From Bosea sp. 67-29 (GTDB lineage: Bacteria > Pseudomonadota > Alphaproteobacteria > Rhizobiales > Beijerinckiaceae), in NCBI RefSeq assembly GCF_001898115.1, contig NZ_MKSQ01000015.1:6274-70273 (forward strand): DNA of 64,000 nucleotides. The letters run 5' to 3'. This document shows, piece by piece, positions 30,303 through 40,982 of the stretch; the first letter of the stretch is position 1, and each line of letters starts with the position of its first letter. The position numbers were made by a program, and so were the translations under genes. The notes under the pieces are model-generated. The model was given only the letters and a program-made list of their open reading frames with translations. It did no database searches and was not told the origin of the DNA.

Positions 30303-31592
30303 TCAGGCCGGCAGCAGCAGGCCGGTGACGCTGCGGTCCGGCCTGAGATAGCGGCGCGCCGCCTCGACCACCGCCTCGCGCGGCACCGCCTCGATGCGTT
30401 GCGGCCAGGCGAGCACGTCGGCGACCGTCTCGCCGACGGCGAGCGCCGAGCCGAAGATGCGGGCGAGCGAGGCCTGGTTGTCACGGGCGAAGACCGTCTC
30501 GGCGACGAGCCGGGTGCGGGCGCGGGCGAGCTCCAGCTCGCTCGGCCCGTCCGCGAGGAAGGCGGCGAGCGCAGCGTCGAGCCCGCTTTCCAGCGTCGCC
30601 ATCGCAACGCCGGGACGCGGGCTGACCGAGAGCTGGAAGGCGGCGCGGTCGACCATCGAGCCCATGAAATAGGCGCTGGCGCCCGCCGCCAGCTCGTCCT
30701 CGGCGCAAAGCCTGCGGTAGAGCCGCGAGGTGGTGCCGCCGCCCAGGATCTCGGCAACGAGCTCCAGCGCGAAGACCTCTTCGGCCGTGCCGCTGGTATA
30801 GGTCGGCGTCAGCCAGCCACGGCGCAGCGAGGGCTGCTGCACGCGCGGGTCGTTGAGCTGGACGCGGCGGGAGGCGCGCGGATCGGGCTCGATCGGCCGC
30901 TCGCGCACGGGCGCGGCGCCGCGCGCCGCGATCCTGCCATAGGTGTCCTCGGCGAGGCTGCGGACCTCGGCTGCGTCCGTATCGCCGGCGACGACCAGGA
31001 TCGCGTTCTCCGGCGTGTAGAAGCGCTGGTAATAGGCGAAGGCGTCGTCGCGGTTCAGCCGCTCGATCTCGTGCTCCCAGCCGATGATCGGCGTGCCGTA
31101 GGGGTGATGGAAGAAGAGCGAGGCCGAGAATTCCTCGCCGAGCTGGGCGGCCGGGTCGGAATCGACGCGCATGCGCCGCTCCTCCAGCACCACGTCGCGC
31201 TCGGGCCCGACGACGCTCTCGTCGAAGGAGAGGCCAGTCATGCGGTCCGCCTCGTAGTCCATCATCGCGCGCAGGTGCTCCTTCGGCACGCGCTGGAAAT
31301 AGGCGGTGTAGTCATAGGAGGTGAAGGCGTTCTCCTGGCCGCCGAAGCCTGCGACGATCTTGGAGAACTCGCCCGCCGGCCAGCGCTGCGTGCCCTTGAA
31401 CATCAGGTGCTCGAGGAAATGCGCGATGCCGGACTTGCCGGCCGGATCGTCGGCAGAGCCGTTGCGATACCAGACCATGTGAGTCACCACCGGCGCGCGG
31501 CGGTCGCTCACCACCACGACGTCGAGGCCATTGCCGAGCCGGAAGGATTCGACGGGTTCGGCCAGGCCGGGCTGGCGCGCATGATTGTTCAC
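30303..31592 (-). CDS. M16 family zinc peptidase, catalytic subunit
   Basis: GIAHFLEHLMFKGT (HxxEH), NAFTSYDYT, VVLEERR; GTG start with GGAG RBS. Confidence 0.92.
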   Translation of the reverse strand: MNNHARQPGLAEPVESFRLGNGLDVVVVSDRRAPVVTHMVWYRNGSADDPAGKSGIAHFLEHLMFKGTQRWPAGEFSKIVAGFGGQENAFTSYDYTAYFQRVPKEHLRAMMDYEADRMTGLSFDESVVGPERDVVLEERRMRVDSDPAAQLGEEFSASLFFHHPYGTPIIGWEHEIERLNRDDAFAYYQRFYTPENAILVVAGDTDAAEVRSLAEDTYGRIAARGAAPVRERPIEPDPRASRRVQLNDPRVQQPSLRRGWLTPTYTSGTAEEVFALELVAEILGGGTTSRLYRRLCAEDELAAGASAYFMGSMVDRAAFQLSVSPRPGVAMATLESGLDAALAAFLADGPSELELARARTRLVAETVFARDNQASLARIFGSALAVGETVADVLAWPQRIEAVPREAVVEAARRYLRPDRSVTGLLLPA

Positions 31593-31616
31593 CGGATGCC
31601 GTCTCCACGCTCAGAC

Positions 31617-31645
31617 AAGAAAGGGCGGGCACGATGCGCCCGCCC
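31617..31645 (-). terminator. Probable intrinsic terminator
   Basis: GGGCGGGC stem on both arms, then TTTCTT on the minus strand; between the hypothetical gene and the M16 gene. Confidence 0.5.
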
Positions 31646-31712
31646 CTCGATATGCAACTTGGTCAAGCAACCGCACTTCGGCAAGGGGCGGCGCGAGCGC
31701 CGGCCTCTCGGC

Positions 31713-32363
31713 CTACGGACGCAACACCGGCCGCTGCCCGGTCACGAACTCGCGCTCGCCGGATGCCTGCTTGTCCTCGACCGGGCCGGAGGCGCCTGGA
31801 CCCAAGGTCGCCGTGCTGGCCGGCCGGCGGTAGCCCACCGGCGGCTCGGTCAGGGTCTTGCGCTCCGGCTCCTCGCCGTAGGTCAGCTTCGACTCGTTCT
31901 CGAGGTTGCGCTTAGCGGCGAGTTCCTTGCCGATGCGGATCGGCTCGAGCTGGTTGGTATAGGAATCGTTGTTGCCATAGCGGGGCGGCGCCACCCGCGG
32001 CGCGTTCGCCGTGCGGCCGCGCTGGAGCTCGCGCGCCGACAGCATCGGGTTGTGCCGGTTGCCGTCATCCTCGACATACGGACGCGGCGACTTCTCTTCC
32101 TTGCGGCGCAGGACGTCCGGGTCCCGCGGCCAGGCCGCGTTGCGCGCGCTCGCCGGCTGCTGCGGCGGCGGCAGGGTCGAATTCGGCGGCACGACCAGCG
32201 GAGCGCGCTCGCGATAGTCGATGTCGCCGCCCGGGCCGCCACCGCCGAAGGTGCCTTCCATCAGGTTCTTGAAGAGCATGCCTTCCTGAGCGAAGGCGGG
32301 CCCAGCCGCCAGCACAAGCCCCCCGGCGAGCAGCAGATGCGTCACGCGGATGCGTTGCGCCAT
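31713..32363 (-). CDS. Conserved exported hypothetical protein
   Basis: Signal peptide ending PAFA-Q; IDYRERAPLVVPP, WPRDPD, LTEPP.GYR.P. Confidence 0.75.
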   Translation of the reverse strand: MAQRIRVTHLLLAGGLVLAAGPAFAQEGMLFKNLMEGTFGGGGPGGDIDYRERAPLVVPPNSTLPPPQQPASARNAAWPRDPDVLRRKEEKSPRPYVEDDGNRHNPMLSARELQRGRTANAPRVAPPRYGNNDSYTNQLEPIRIGKELAAKRNLENESKLTYGEEPERKTLTEPPVGYRRPASTATLGPGASGPVEDKQASGEREFVTGQRPVLRP

Positions 32364-32436
32364 GTCAAATCTCCCTTTGGACAATCCTGCCTCGCCTCAA
32401 GCACGAACGAAGGGCGAAAGGATGGCGGAACCGTCA

Positions 32437-32919
32437 TCAAGCCGTCTTGTCCCCAGCCGGCCGGAAGGACTCATACAGGAGACCCAGGACGCCGACAACG
32501 ATCGCCACATCGGCGATGTTGAAGATATACCAGCTGAAACTGCCCCAGTGAAAATGCACGAAATCGACGACGGCGCCGTACCAGGCCCGGTCCAGCCCGT
32601 TGCCCAGCGCGCCGCCGATGATCAGCGCCAGGCTGAAGACGGTGAAGCGCGCCTCGCTGCGCCACATCCAGCGCCAGAGCCAGATGGCGGCGACGAAGGA
32701 GACGACCACCAGGAACCAGCGGCCGATATCCGTTCCCTGCTGGAACAGCCCATAGGAGATGCCGCGGTTCCAGGCGAGCACGATCGTCAGGAACGGCGCG
32801 AGATCGAACGGGCCGTTCTCGGCGAGGCCGACCCCGTAGAGCAGCCAGCATTTCAGGATCTGATCGGCCACGAAGACGATCAGGACCGTGGCGAGGCCGA
32901 GGCGGCGGGCTGGCGTCAT
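32437..32919 (-). CDS. lspA: Lipoprotein signal peptidase II
   Basis: WNRGISYG, GGALGN..DR..YGAVVDF, FNIAD. Confidence 0.95.
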   Translation of the reverse strand: MTPARRLGLATVLIVFVADQILKCWLLYGVGLAENGPFDLAPFLTIVLAWNRGISYGLFQQGTDIGRWFLVVVSFVAAIWLWRWMWRSEARFTVFSLALIIGGALGNGLDRAWYGAVVDFVHFHWGSFSWYIFNIADVAIVVGVLGLLYESFRPAGDKTA

Positions 32920-35900
32920 CAGGCGCCTACCCCGAGTTCCCTGAGCGCCTTGGCGTCGCGCGGCGTCACCTGCGGATAGGCGGGATCAGCCGTCTTCGGA
33001 TCGAAATACTTCCAGGACCGGGCGCATTTGATGCCGTCGGCGCGATGCGGCACCACCGCGACGCCGGGCACATCCGCGAGGCGGAAGGCCTCTTCCGGTC
33101 CCTCGCCGCTCTCGATGCGGATGCCGGAGGTGATGCTGACCTCGGCCAGGTCGATTCCCGACAGCGCGGCCATGAGGTCCGGATCGGCGACGAAGACCTG
33201 CGGCGCGGCCTCGAGCGACGAGCCGATGCGCTTGGCGGCACGCTCCAGCTCCAGCGCACCGGTGACGACGCGGCGCACGCGGCGGATCTTGCTCCAGCGC
33301 TCGGCCAGCTCGGGATCGAGCCAGGTTTCCGGCGCCTCGACGAAAAGCTCGAGATGTACCGAACCATCTTCAGCCTTCACCTGCGGATAGCGCTCCAGCC
33401 AGGCTTCCTCGGCGGTGAAGACCAGGATCGGCGCGAGCCAGGTCGTCAGGCAGCGGAAGAGATGGTCGACGACGGTGAGCGCGCTCCGGCGGACATGGCT
33501 CGACCGGGGATCGCAGTAGAGCGCGTCCTTGCGCACGTCGAAATAGAAGGCCGACAGCTCGGTGTTCATGAACTGCGAGAGCAGGAACACCACCTTCTTG
33601 TAGTCGTAGGTCCGATAGGCCTCCATCACCTGCGGACCGAGCTCGGCGAGACGGTGCAGCATCAGCCGCTCCAGCTCCGGCATGGTCTGCGGATCGGCGA
33701 CGCGGACATCCTCGCTGAAATGCGCGAGCGTGCCGAGCATCCAGCGCTGGGTGTTGCGCAGCTTGCGATAGGTCTCGACGAAGGTCTTGAGGATCTCCTT
33801 GCCGATGCGCAGATCGTCCGAATAATCAGCCGCCGCGACCCAGAGGCGCAGGATATCGGCGCCGGAATCCTGGATGACCGTCTGGGGCGCGGTGACGTTG
33901 CCCTTCGACTTCGACATCTTCTCGCCCTTCTCGTCCAGGCAGAAGCCATGGGTCAGGACGACGTCGAAGGGGGCCCGGCCGCGCGTGCCGCAGCTTTCGA
34001 GCAGGCTCGAATGGAACCAGCCGCGATGCTGGTCCGAGCCTTCGAGATACATCACACGATCCTTGCCGCCATCGACGACGCGATGGGTCTTGAGGTCGGC
34101 GCGCTTCTCCAGGGTGAAGGCATGTGTCGAGCCTGAATCGAACCAGACGTCGAGCACGTCGGTGACGCGCTCATACCTGGCCGGATCGTAGCCGAAGGGT
34201 CTGAGGAAGCGGGCGCCGTCCGTGTCGGTGAACCACGCATCGGCGCCCTCGGCCTCGAAGGCTGCCGCGATCGCCGCGTTGACCTTGGCGTCGAGGAGGA
34301 TTTCCTTCGTCTCCTTCTCGACGAAGACGGTGATCGGCACGCCCCAGGCGCGCTGGCGCGAGACCACCCAGTCGGGGCGGTTGGCGATCATGCCGGTGAT
34401 GCGGTTCTCGCCCACGGCCGGGACCCATTCGGTCTCCTTGATCGCCTTCAGGGCGCGGTTGCGCAGCGTGTCGGCATTGCCGCCGGCGACAGGCTTGGGA
34501 TCGGCCGCATCCGGCGCGCCGGCCTCGCCGATCGGCTTGTCCATGGCGATGAACCATTGCGGCGTGTTGCGGAAGATCACCGGCTTCTTCGAGCGCCAGG
34601 AATGCGGGTACTGATGCTTCAGCCGGCCGCGCGCGACGATGGTGCCGGCCTCGACCAGCGCCTTGATGACGACGTCGTTGGCGTTGCCCTTCTCGCCCTT
34701 GTCGGTGATGACCTGGGCGCCTTCGAAGCCCGGGGCATCCTTGGTGAAGCGCCCGTCCTCATCGACGGTGTAGGGGATGCGGGTCTCGATCTCGCGCTCG
34801 TGAAGCTGGCGGCCATTGGCCATCCAGATGTCGAAGTCCTCGCGGCCATGGCCCGGCGCGGTGTGGACGAAGCCCGTGCCGGCATCGTCGGTGACATGAT
34901 CGCCGTCGAGCAGCGGCACGTCGAAATCATAGCCGCGGCCGCGCAGCGGATGGGCGGCGGTCAGGCCGGCAAGGTGCTCGGCCGGGACATCGGCGACCAG
35001 TTCAAAGGCCTCGACCTTGGCCGCCTTGAAAACGCTCTCGGCGAGGTTTTTGGCGAGGACATAGGTCGCGCCGGTCTTGGCCCAGTTGTTCTCGGGCGCA
35101 GCGGTGACGCGATAGAGGCCATAGGCGATCCTGTTGTGGAAGGAGATCGCGCGGTTGCCCGGGATCGTCCAGGGCGTGGTCGTCCAGATGACGATGGAAG
35201 CGCCCGCGAGCGGCGCCGGAGCATTCAGCACCGGAAACGCGACATAGACCGTGTCGCTCGTATGTTCTTCGTATTCGACCTCAGCCTCGGCGAGCGCCGT
35301 CTTCTCGACCACCGACCACATCACCGGCTTGGAGCCGCGATAGAGCTGGCCGGTCTCGGCGAATTTCATGATCTCGCGGGCGATCTGCGCCTCGGCGGGA
35401 TAGGCCATGGTGAGATAGGGATCGTCCCAGTCGCCCTCGACGCCGAGGCGCTTGAACTCCTTGCGCTGGACATCGACCCAGTGTTCGGCGAAGGCGCGGC
35501 ATTCCCTGCGGAACTCGACAACCGGGACGTCGTCCTTGTTCAGCCCCTTGGCGCGGTACTGCTCCTCGATCTTCCACTCGATCGGCAGGCCGTGGCAGTC
35601 CCAGCCCGGCACGTAGTTCGAGTCGTGGCCGAGCATCTGCTGCGAGCGCGTGACCAAGTCCTTCAGCACCTTGTTGAGCGCATGGCCGATATGGATGTTG
35701 CCGTTGGCATAGGGCGGGCCGTCATGCAGGACGAAACGGTCCCGCCCCTGGCCTGCCTCGCGCAGCTTGCGGTAGAGATCGATCCTCGCCCAGCGGGCGA
35801 GCAGCTCCGGCTCACGCTGCGGCAGGCCGGCGCGCATCGGGAACTCGGTCTGTGGCAGGAAGAGCGTCTGTGAATAGTCGACGCCGTCGGCGGCTGCGGC

Positions 35901-35927
35901 GTTCGCGGTCTTGGTGCTGTCGGTCAT
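32919..35927 (-). CDS. ileS: Isoleucine--tRNA ligase
   Basis: [37 protein letters not shown]. Confidence 0.97.
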   Translation of the reverse strand: MTDSTKTANAAAADGVDYSQTLFLPQTEFPMRAGLPQREPELLARWARIDLYRKLREAGQGRDRFVLHDGPPYANGNIHIGHALNKVLKDLVTRSQQMLGHDSNYVPGWDCHGLPIEWKIEEQYRAKGLNKDDVPVVEFRRECRAFAEHWVDVQRKEFKRLGVEGDWDDPYLTMAYPAEAQIAREIMKFAETGQLYRGSKPVMWSVVEKTALAEAEVEYEEHTSDTVYVAFPVLNAPAPLAGASIVIWTTTPWTIPGNRAISFHNRIAYGLYRVTAAPENNWAKTGATYVLAKNLAESVFKAAKVEAFELVADVPAEHLAGLTAAHPLRGRGYDFDVPLLDGDHVTDDAGTGFVHTAPGHGREDFDIWMANGRQLHEREIETRIPYTVDEDGRFTKDAPGFEGAQVITDKGEKGNANDVVIKALVEAGTIVARGRLKHQYPHSWRSKKPVIFRNTPQWFIAMDKPIGEAGAPDAADPKPVAGGNADTLRNRALKAIKETEWVPAVGENRITGMIANRPDWVVSRQRAWGVPITVFVEKETKEILLDAKVNAAIAAAFEAEGADAWFTDTDGARFLRPFGYDPARYERVTDVLDVWFDSGSTHAFTLEKRADLKTHRVVDGGKDRVMYLEGSDQHRGWFHSSLLESCGTRGRAPFDVVLTHGFCLDEKGEKMSKSKGNVTAPQTVIQDSGADILRLWVAAADYSDDLRIGKEILKTFVETYRKLRNTQRWMLGTLAHFSEDVRVADPQTMPELERLMLHRLAELGPQVMEAYRTYDYKKVVFLLSQFMNTELSAFYFDVRKDALYCDPRSSHVRRSALTVVDHLFRCLTTWLAPILVFTAEEAWLERYPQVKAEDGSVHLELFVEAPETWLDPELAERWSKIRRVRRVVTGALELERAAKRIGSSLEAAPQVFVADPDLMAALSGIDLAEVSITSGIRIESGEGPEEAFRLADVPGVAVVPHRADGIKCARSWKYFDPKTADPAYPQVTPRDAKALRELGVGA

Positions 35928-36038
35928 GGTGCGGCTCGGACAATCGGGACGGCGGGCCTGTCGTCGGGCCCCGGCGCATCCGCATTTGAAACGGGAAAAG
36001 CGGTCTTCAACCCGGACTGCGCAAGCGCCCGCACCTGT

Positions 36039-36110
36039 CTAGTGCGAGGCGGCAGCCGGGCCCGTAATTCGCCGGGACAGATCGATCAGCAGAGCGCGTT
36101 CGGCGGGCAT
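36039..36110 (-). CDS. Putative ileS leader peptide (23 aa)
   Basis: MPAERALLIDLSRRITGPAAASH*; preceded by a TGCTAGAA -10-like box and overlapping a hairpin arm. Confidence 0.45.
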   Translation of the reverse strand: MPAERALLIDLSRRITGPAAASH

Positions 36111-36133
36111 GAGGGGCTTCTAGCAGGCGAGCA

Positions 36134-37117
36134 TCACGGAAGGAAGGGCGGCGTCTTCGCCAGGATGTCGCGCGCACGGGCGGAATCGGCATCCATCTGA
36201 GCGATCAGCGCCGCGAGCGAATCGAACTTCTCCTCGCCGCGCAGCCACTCGACGAAGGCGACGTCGACACGCTTGCCGTAGAGATCGCCCGAAAAATCGA
36301 AGACGAAGGTCTCCAGCCGCGGCGCGCCGTCGTCGAAGGTCGGACGGCGGCCGAAGCTGGCGACGCCATCATGCCAGGCGCCGTCGATCCGCATCCGCAC
36401 GGCATAGATGCCGTGGCGCAGCCGGCAATCGCGGGCAAGCTGCATATTGGCGGTGGGATAGCCGAGGTCGCGGCCGCGCTTGTCGCCGTGGGTGACGAGC
36501 CCGCGCACGGTCCAGGGCCGGCCGAGGAAGGCGGCGGCCCGGGCGACATCCCCTTCCTCCAGAGCCGTACGGACCAGCGTCGAGGAGACGGGCTCGCCCT
36601 GCCAGGAAAACGGCGGGACGACGGCGACGGGAACGCGGACCGCGAGGCCATGGGCCTGCAGCATCTCGGGCGAGCCGGTGCGGCCCTTGCCGAAGTGGAA
36701 ATCGTAGCCGCAGACGAGCCCCCGCGCGCCCAGTCGGGCGATGAGCAGATCGTCGACAAAGCGTTCCGCGGGGATCGCGGCGACATCGCGATCGAACGGC
36801 AGCACGAAGACCTGGGCGAAGCCTGCCTCCGCCAGCCCTTCGAGCTTGAGCTGCGGCGAGGTCAGCCGGAAGACCGGCTCCTCCGGCCGGAAGACGCTGC
36901 GCGGATGCGGCTCGAAGGTGAAGGCGGCCGGCCTGGTGCCGAGATCATGCGCCATGGCACCGGCCACCCGCGCCAGCTCGGCATGGCCGCGATGCACGCC
37001 GTCGAAATTGCCGAGCGCCAGCACGGCGCCGCGCAGGCTGTCGGGGATGGGCTTGTCGAGGTCGAGGACCACGGCCGCCGGCTCTGGGCGCGGCGGCGCA
37101 TCGGCTTGGGATGGCAT
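36134..37117 (-). CDS. ribF: Bifunctional riboflavin kinase / FAD synthetase
   Basis: LGNFDGVHRGH, FEPHP, GYDFHFG, VSSTLVR, GRDLGYPTAN, LRGEEKF. Confidence 0.96.
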   Translation of the reverse strand: MPSQADAPPRPEPAAVVLDLDKPIPDSLRGAVLALGNFDGVHRGHAELARVAGAMAHDLGTRPAAFTFEPHPRSVFRPEEPVFRLTSPQLKLEGLAEAGFAQVFVLPFDRDVAAIPAERFVDDLLIARLGARGLVCGYDFHFGKGRTGSPEMLQAHGLAVRVPVAVVPPFSWQGEPVSSTLVRTALEEGDVARAAAFLGRPWTVRGLVTHGDKRGRDLGYPTANMQLARDCRLRHGIYAVRMRIDGAWHDGVASFGRRPTFDDGAPRLETFVFDFSGDLYGKRVDVAFVEWLRGEEKFDSLAALIAQMDADSARARDILAKTPPFLP

Positions 37118-37212
37118 CGATCGAGAATGTCCACTTGCCCGGACAGGCGGGCGACGCTCGTGTTTGCGGCCAAGGCCGGCGGGGCGTCAAGGCCGCAGGC
37201 CGGTCGGGGGGC

Positions 37213-37668
37213 TCAGGGGCGGGCCTTCGGCGGCATCGCAACCCAGGCCTCGCCTTCCATCACCGCCTTGCCGTCGACCAGGCACTCGCAGAAGAAGCGG
37301 GCCCGGCGCCGCTCCGCCACCAGCTCGACGACCTCGACGCGGGCCGTGACGACGTCTCCGATCTTCACCGGGGCGAGAAAGGTCAGCGTCTGCGAGAGAT
37401 AGACGGCGCCGGGGCCGGGCAGGCGCGTGCCAAGCAGCGCCGAGACCAGGCTTGCGGTCAGCATGCCATGGGCGATGCGCTGGCCGAACTTGGTATTGGC
37501 CGCGAACTGGTCGCAGAGATGGATCGGGTTGGCATCGCCGGACAGCTCGGCGAAAAGTGCCACGTCTCGCTCCATCACCGTGCGCATCAGGCTTTCGCGC
37601 TGGCCGACCGCCAGATCCTCGAAAGCATGAACCGTGTAGAGCGTCCCGGGCATCGGCTGAACCGTCAT
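37213..37668 (-). CDS. MaoC family dehydratase
   Basis: FAELSGDANPIH, IAHGML, LPGPG, FLAPVKIGD. Confidence 0.9.
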   Translation of the reverse strand: MTVQPMPGTLYTVHAFEDLAVGQRESLMRTVMERDVALFAELSGDANPIHLCDQFAANTKFGQRIAHGMLTASLVSALLGTRLPGPGAVYLSQTLTFLAPVKIGDVVTARVEVVELVAERRRARFFCECLVDGKAVMEGEAWVAMPPKARP

Positions 37669-37913
37669 TGAGTCTCTCGCGGCGCTGGCAGTCCCCGCCC
37701 CCGGCCTCGACTTACCGATCATTTCGCAATCGCACAAAGGCGGCAATTGGACTTTGGTGCGGCGCAGCACATGCCGCTGCGTCACTTCGCGATCGAATTA
37801 ACGGCTTTGCAATACGCCGCGGCTATCACGGAGCACGAGTGGAGGCCGCCCTGAACGGGCGGCGTGGCGCGGGTATGTTCCGGCGCCGCAACCGCCATGC
37901 CTGGAGCGTCTCA

Positions 37914-38297
37914 ATGGCTCTCGATCCGTCAATGCCGATCCTCGTCGTCGATGATTACCAGACGATGATCCGGATCATCCGGAACCTTCTGAAGCAGCTC
38001 GGCTTCGAGAACGTCGACGACGCCGCAGACGGCTCGGCGGCGATCGAGAAGATGCGCGACAAGAAGTACGGGCTGGTCATTTCCGACTGGAACATGGAGC
38101 CGATGAGCGGCTTCGAGCTCCTGCAGCGCGTCCGCGACGAGGACAAGCTGGCCACAACGCCGTTCATCATCGTCACGGCCGAATCGAAGACCGAGAACGT
38201 CATCGCCGCGAAGAAGGCCGGCGTCAGCAACTACATCGTCAAGCCGTTCAACGCACAGACGCTGAAGACCAAGATCGAATCGGTCTGCGCCGCCTGA
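37914..38297 (+). CDS. cheY: CheY-like single-domain response regulator
   Basis: ILVVDDY, ISDWNMEPMSG, IVTAE, YIVKPF. Confidence 0.88.
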   Translation: MALDPSMPILVVDDYQTMIRIIRNLLKQLGFENVDDAADGSAAIEKMRDKKYGLVISDWNMEPMSGFELLQRVRDEDKLATTPFIIVTAESKTENVIAAKKAGVSNYIVKPFNAQTLKTKIESVCAA

Positions 38298-38363
38298 GAC
38301 GGGGCCTTCGGGCCCCGGCCCTCCCCGGGGCGGCGGCCCCGCCCATCGGTGACCGCTCGCTCC

Positions 38364-39320
38364 TCACCAGACCAGATGCGGAATGGCGTAGTCCGGGCGA
38401 TGCGTCTGCCGGCCGAACCAGCCGTGCCGCTCCTCCCAGGAGGCCTGCATCAGGTCCTGGGCATGGATGCCCGCCAGCACCATGATGCCGGCGGCCCCGA
38501 ACCCGGCGGCCCCGGCGATATCGGTGCGGATCGCGTCGCCGATCGCGCAGATCCGGTCGCGTGCGACCGCCGAACCGCGTTTCTCCTCCGCAATGGCGAG
38601 TGCCATCTCGTAGATCGGCCGGTGCGGCTTGCCGGCATAGATCACGCTTCCGCCGATCTCCTCATAGGCCAGCGCGACCGATCCGGCGCAGGGCACGATC
38701 TGACCGCCGCGCTCGACCACCAGGTCGGGGTTCGCGCAAATCATGGTCAGCCGGCGTGCGGCAAAGCCCTCGAGCAGGTCCGCGTAGGTCGCCGGGGTAT
38801 CGGTCTCGTCGTCGAACAGCCCGGTGCAGAGCACGTAGGACGCCTCATCGGCGCGCGTCTCGGGCGCATCGAGCCCGGCGATGAGCGGCAGGTCGCGGTC
38901 GGGCCCGAGCCGGAACATCGGCTGGCCGGCACGCGCCTCGATCAACGAGCGGCAGACATCGCCGGAGGTGACGATCGCATCCCAGGCGGCGGGCGGCACG
39001 CCGAAGCCGTCGAGCTGGCGGGCGATCAGATCGCGCGGCCTCGGCGCATTCGTCATCAGCACGACGCTGGTGCCGCGCTCGCGCATCCTCACCAGCGCAT
39101 CGACCGCGTCGGGAAAGGCGGCCACGCCGTTATGGACCACGCCCCAGACGTCGCAGAAGCACAGGTCGAAGCGATCGGCGATCTCCGAAAACCCCGGAAG
39201 GGCGGCGACCGGTTCGGCGTCCGTCAGCGGCAAGGCGTTTCTCCACGAATGAGGGCGGATGGCGGAGGCTTGCTCTAGACGGGATTCGCCCGGCACGGAA
39301 CCCTGGTCGGGTCCGTCCAT
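38364..39320 (-). CDS. HAD-IIA hydrolase (TIGR01459-like); start uncertain
   Basis: FCDVWGVVHNG, TNAPRP, CANPD, AGKP, IGDAIRTDI. Confidence 0.88.
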   Translation of the reverse strand: MDGPDQGSVPGESRLEQASAIRPHSWRNALPLTDAEPVAALPGFSEIADRFDLCFCDVWGVVHNGVAAFPDAVDALVRMRERGTSVVLMTNAPRPRDLIARQLDGFGVPPAAWDAIVTSGDVCRSLIEARAGQPMFRLGPDRDLPLIAGLDAPETRADEASYVLCTGLFDDETDTPATYADLLEGFAARRLTMICANPDLVVERGGQIVPCAGSVALAYEEIGGSVIYAGKPHRPIYEMALAIAEEKRGSAVARDRICAIGDAIRTDIAGAAGFGAAGIMVLAGIHAQDLMQASWEERHGWFGRQTHRPDYAIPHLVW

Positions 39321-39335
39321 GCGCTGCACGCCGGC

Positions 39336-40799
39336 TCAGGCGCTGGCGCGCCTCAGCACCGCCCGGAAGGGCAGCCTTTCCGGCATCGGGGCCGGCTCCG
39401 CCGGGGCGGAGGCAGCCGGCTGCGGATAGTCCAGCACCTCCGCGGACGGCATCGGCGCGGCAGGCTCCGGCCGGGCGGGCGCGGCCGGCGCGGGCTCGGC
39501 GAAAACATCCGGCTTCACCGGGCGCGGCGGCGAGAAGGCATTGCCCTGCCCCATGCCGGCACCGAACTCGATCATATCGGCCGCGGCCGGATTGTCTTCG
39601 ACGGCCTCGGCGACCAGCGTGATCGAGGCCCGGGTGAGCATCGCCGCGAGATCGCCGGCAGCAATGTCGCTCGCCACGCGCCCATCGGCATGGGCTTCGA
39701 GAAGCGCCGCCTTGATCTTGACGAAGCGGACGCCGCGGTCGAACAGCGAACGTGGATCGAGGCGCAGATCGACGACCTGATCGAGCGCGAACCGCACGCC
39801 ATTCGCCGACATCGCCCCGAGCAGGCCGAGGCTCGTCGGATCGAGCGAGCGAAACACAGCCTGCGGCATCTCGATGACGAGGCGGCCGATATGGTCGCGA
39901 TAGCGATCGAGAATGCGCGTCAAAGCCGCCAATGCCCGCGACGAATTCCAGGTTGCGGCGCTGAAATTGCAGGAGACGAAGACGTCGCCCTCTTTCGAGG
40001 CGAGATGGCGGGCGATCGCCAGCGCGCGGGTCAGGACGAGCGCATCGAGCGTCGGCCCGAAGCCGCGCTCCTCGACCACGTCGAGGAATTCATGCGACAT
40101 CAGCAGCGTGTTCTCGTCGATCCGCAGGCTGGGCAAGGCCTCGTAGCCGCGCGTCCGGCGCTGCGGCAGCGAGACGATCGGCTGCAGCTGCACCTCGACC
40201 CGCCCCTCGCCGAGTGCCTCGCCGACGAGCCGGGCGCGCTCGGCTTCCGCCTTCTCGCGTGCGGCAGCGGCCGCCGCCGCCCGCTCGGCCGCGAGCTTCT
40301 CGGCATGCTCCCGGCGGGCCGCCTCGGGATCCAGCCGGACTTCGGGAGCGATGCTCGCCGTCTGTGGCGCAGGGGGGACCGCGGGCGGCAGGCGCGTCAG
40401 CTTCTCGTCATGGTCGGCGAGCGTCGTCGCGACCTGGTGAATCAGATCGCCGAGCAGCCCCACCTCGGCCGTCAATTCATTGATGGCGGCCCTGGCCGGA
40501 GCGGCATCGACGTCGCGCATCGGCATGAGCTCGATCCGCTGCGAGAGCGCGTCGATCCGGATCGCGCCGGTCGCCAGCCGCACCTTGACCTCGCCCAGCC
40601 CCGCCAGCAGCAGCTCGCGATGTGCGGCATTCCGGCGTTCCAGCGTCCAGACGCTGGCCGCCACTCCGAGACCGGAGGCCAGGAGCCCCAGCGCCGTACC
40701 CAGGGCACCGGGCAGCAGAATGGCCACGACGGCGCCGGCCGAGACGCCGGTCACGGCGCCGGCGAGAGGGTGCAGGGCTTTCAGGCGCACAGGAGCCAA
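39336..40799 (-). CDS. Membrane-anchored degenerate EAL domain protein
   Basis: N-terminal TM pair and coiled coil; LQPIVSL, YEAL, VAEAVE, GQG; DDFGTG loop replaced by DQVVDL. Confidence 0.85.
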   Translation of the reverse strand: MAPVRLKALHPLAGAVTGVSAGAVVAILLPGALGTALGLLASGLGVAASVWTLERRNAAHRELLLAGLGEVKVRLATGAIRIDALSQRIELMPMRDVDAAPARAAINELTAEVGLLGDLIHQVATTLADHDEKLTRLPPAVPPAPQTASIAPEVRLDPEAARREHAEKLAAERAAAAAAAREKAEAERARLVGEALGEGRVEVQLQPIVSLPQRRTRGYEALPSLRIDENTLLMSHEFLDVVEERGFGPTLDALVLTRALAIARHLASKEGDVFVSCNFSAATWNSSRALAALTRILDRYRDHIGRLVIEMPQAVFRSLDPTSLGLLGAMSANGVRFALDQVVDLRLDPRSLFDRGVRFVKIKAALLEAHADGRVASDIAAGDLAAMLTRASITLVAEAVEDNPAAADMIEFGAGMGQGNAFSPPRPVKPDVFAEPAPAAPARPEPAAPMPSAEVLDYPQPAASAPAEPAPMPERLPFRAVLRRASA

Positions 40800-40982
40800 G
40801 GCAGCGCTCGCGCGTCGGGGTTAATCGGGAAAAGCGAACGAATCACAACGCTGCGCGTGAGAATACGCGCCGACGCGGCGACAAGCGAGCGATACCACGC
40901 ACGCGACTCCTTGCGTGTCAGAACAAGGCGCCCGGGCCGCTGCGCCAAGAGCAGGACGCAAGAGGCATGGGGGCAGGAGGCG

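Noticed and set aside
32919-33030. Missing C-terminal zinc-finger cysteines in IleRS (CARSWK...VTPRD)
   Set aside because: As I recall, this degenerate form is common in Hyphomicrobiales IleRS; not evidence of a pseudogene
38301-38316. GGGGCC-TTCG-GGCCCC hairpin after cheY
   Set aside because: No U tract on either strand, so not called as an intrinsic terminator
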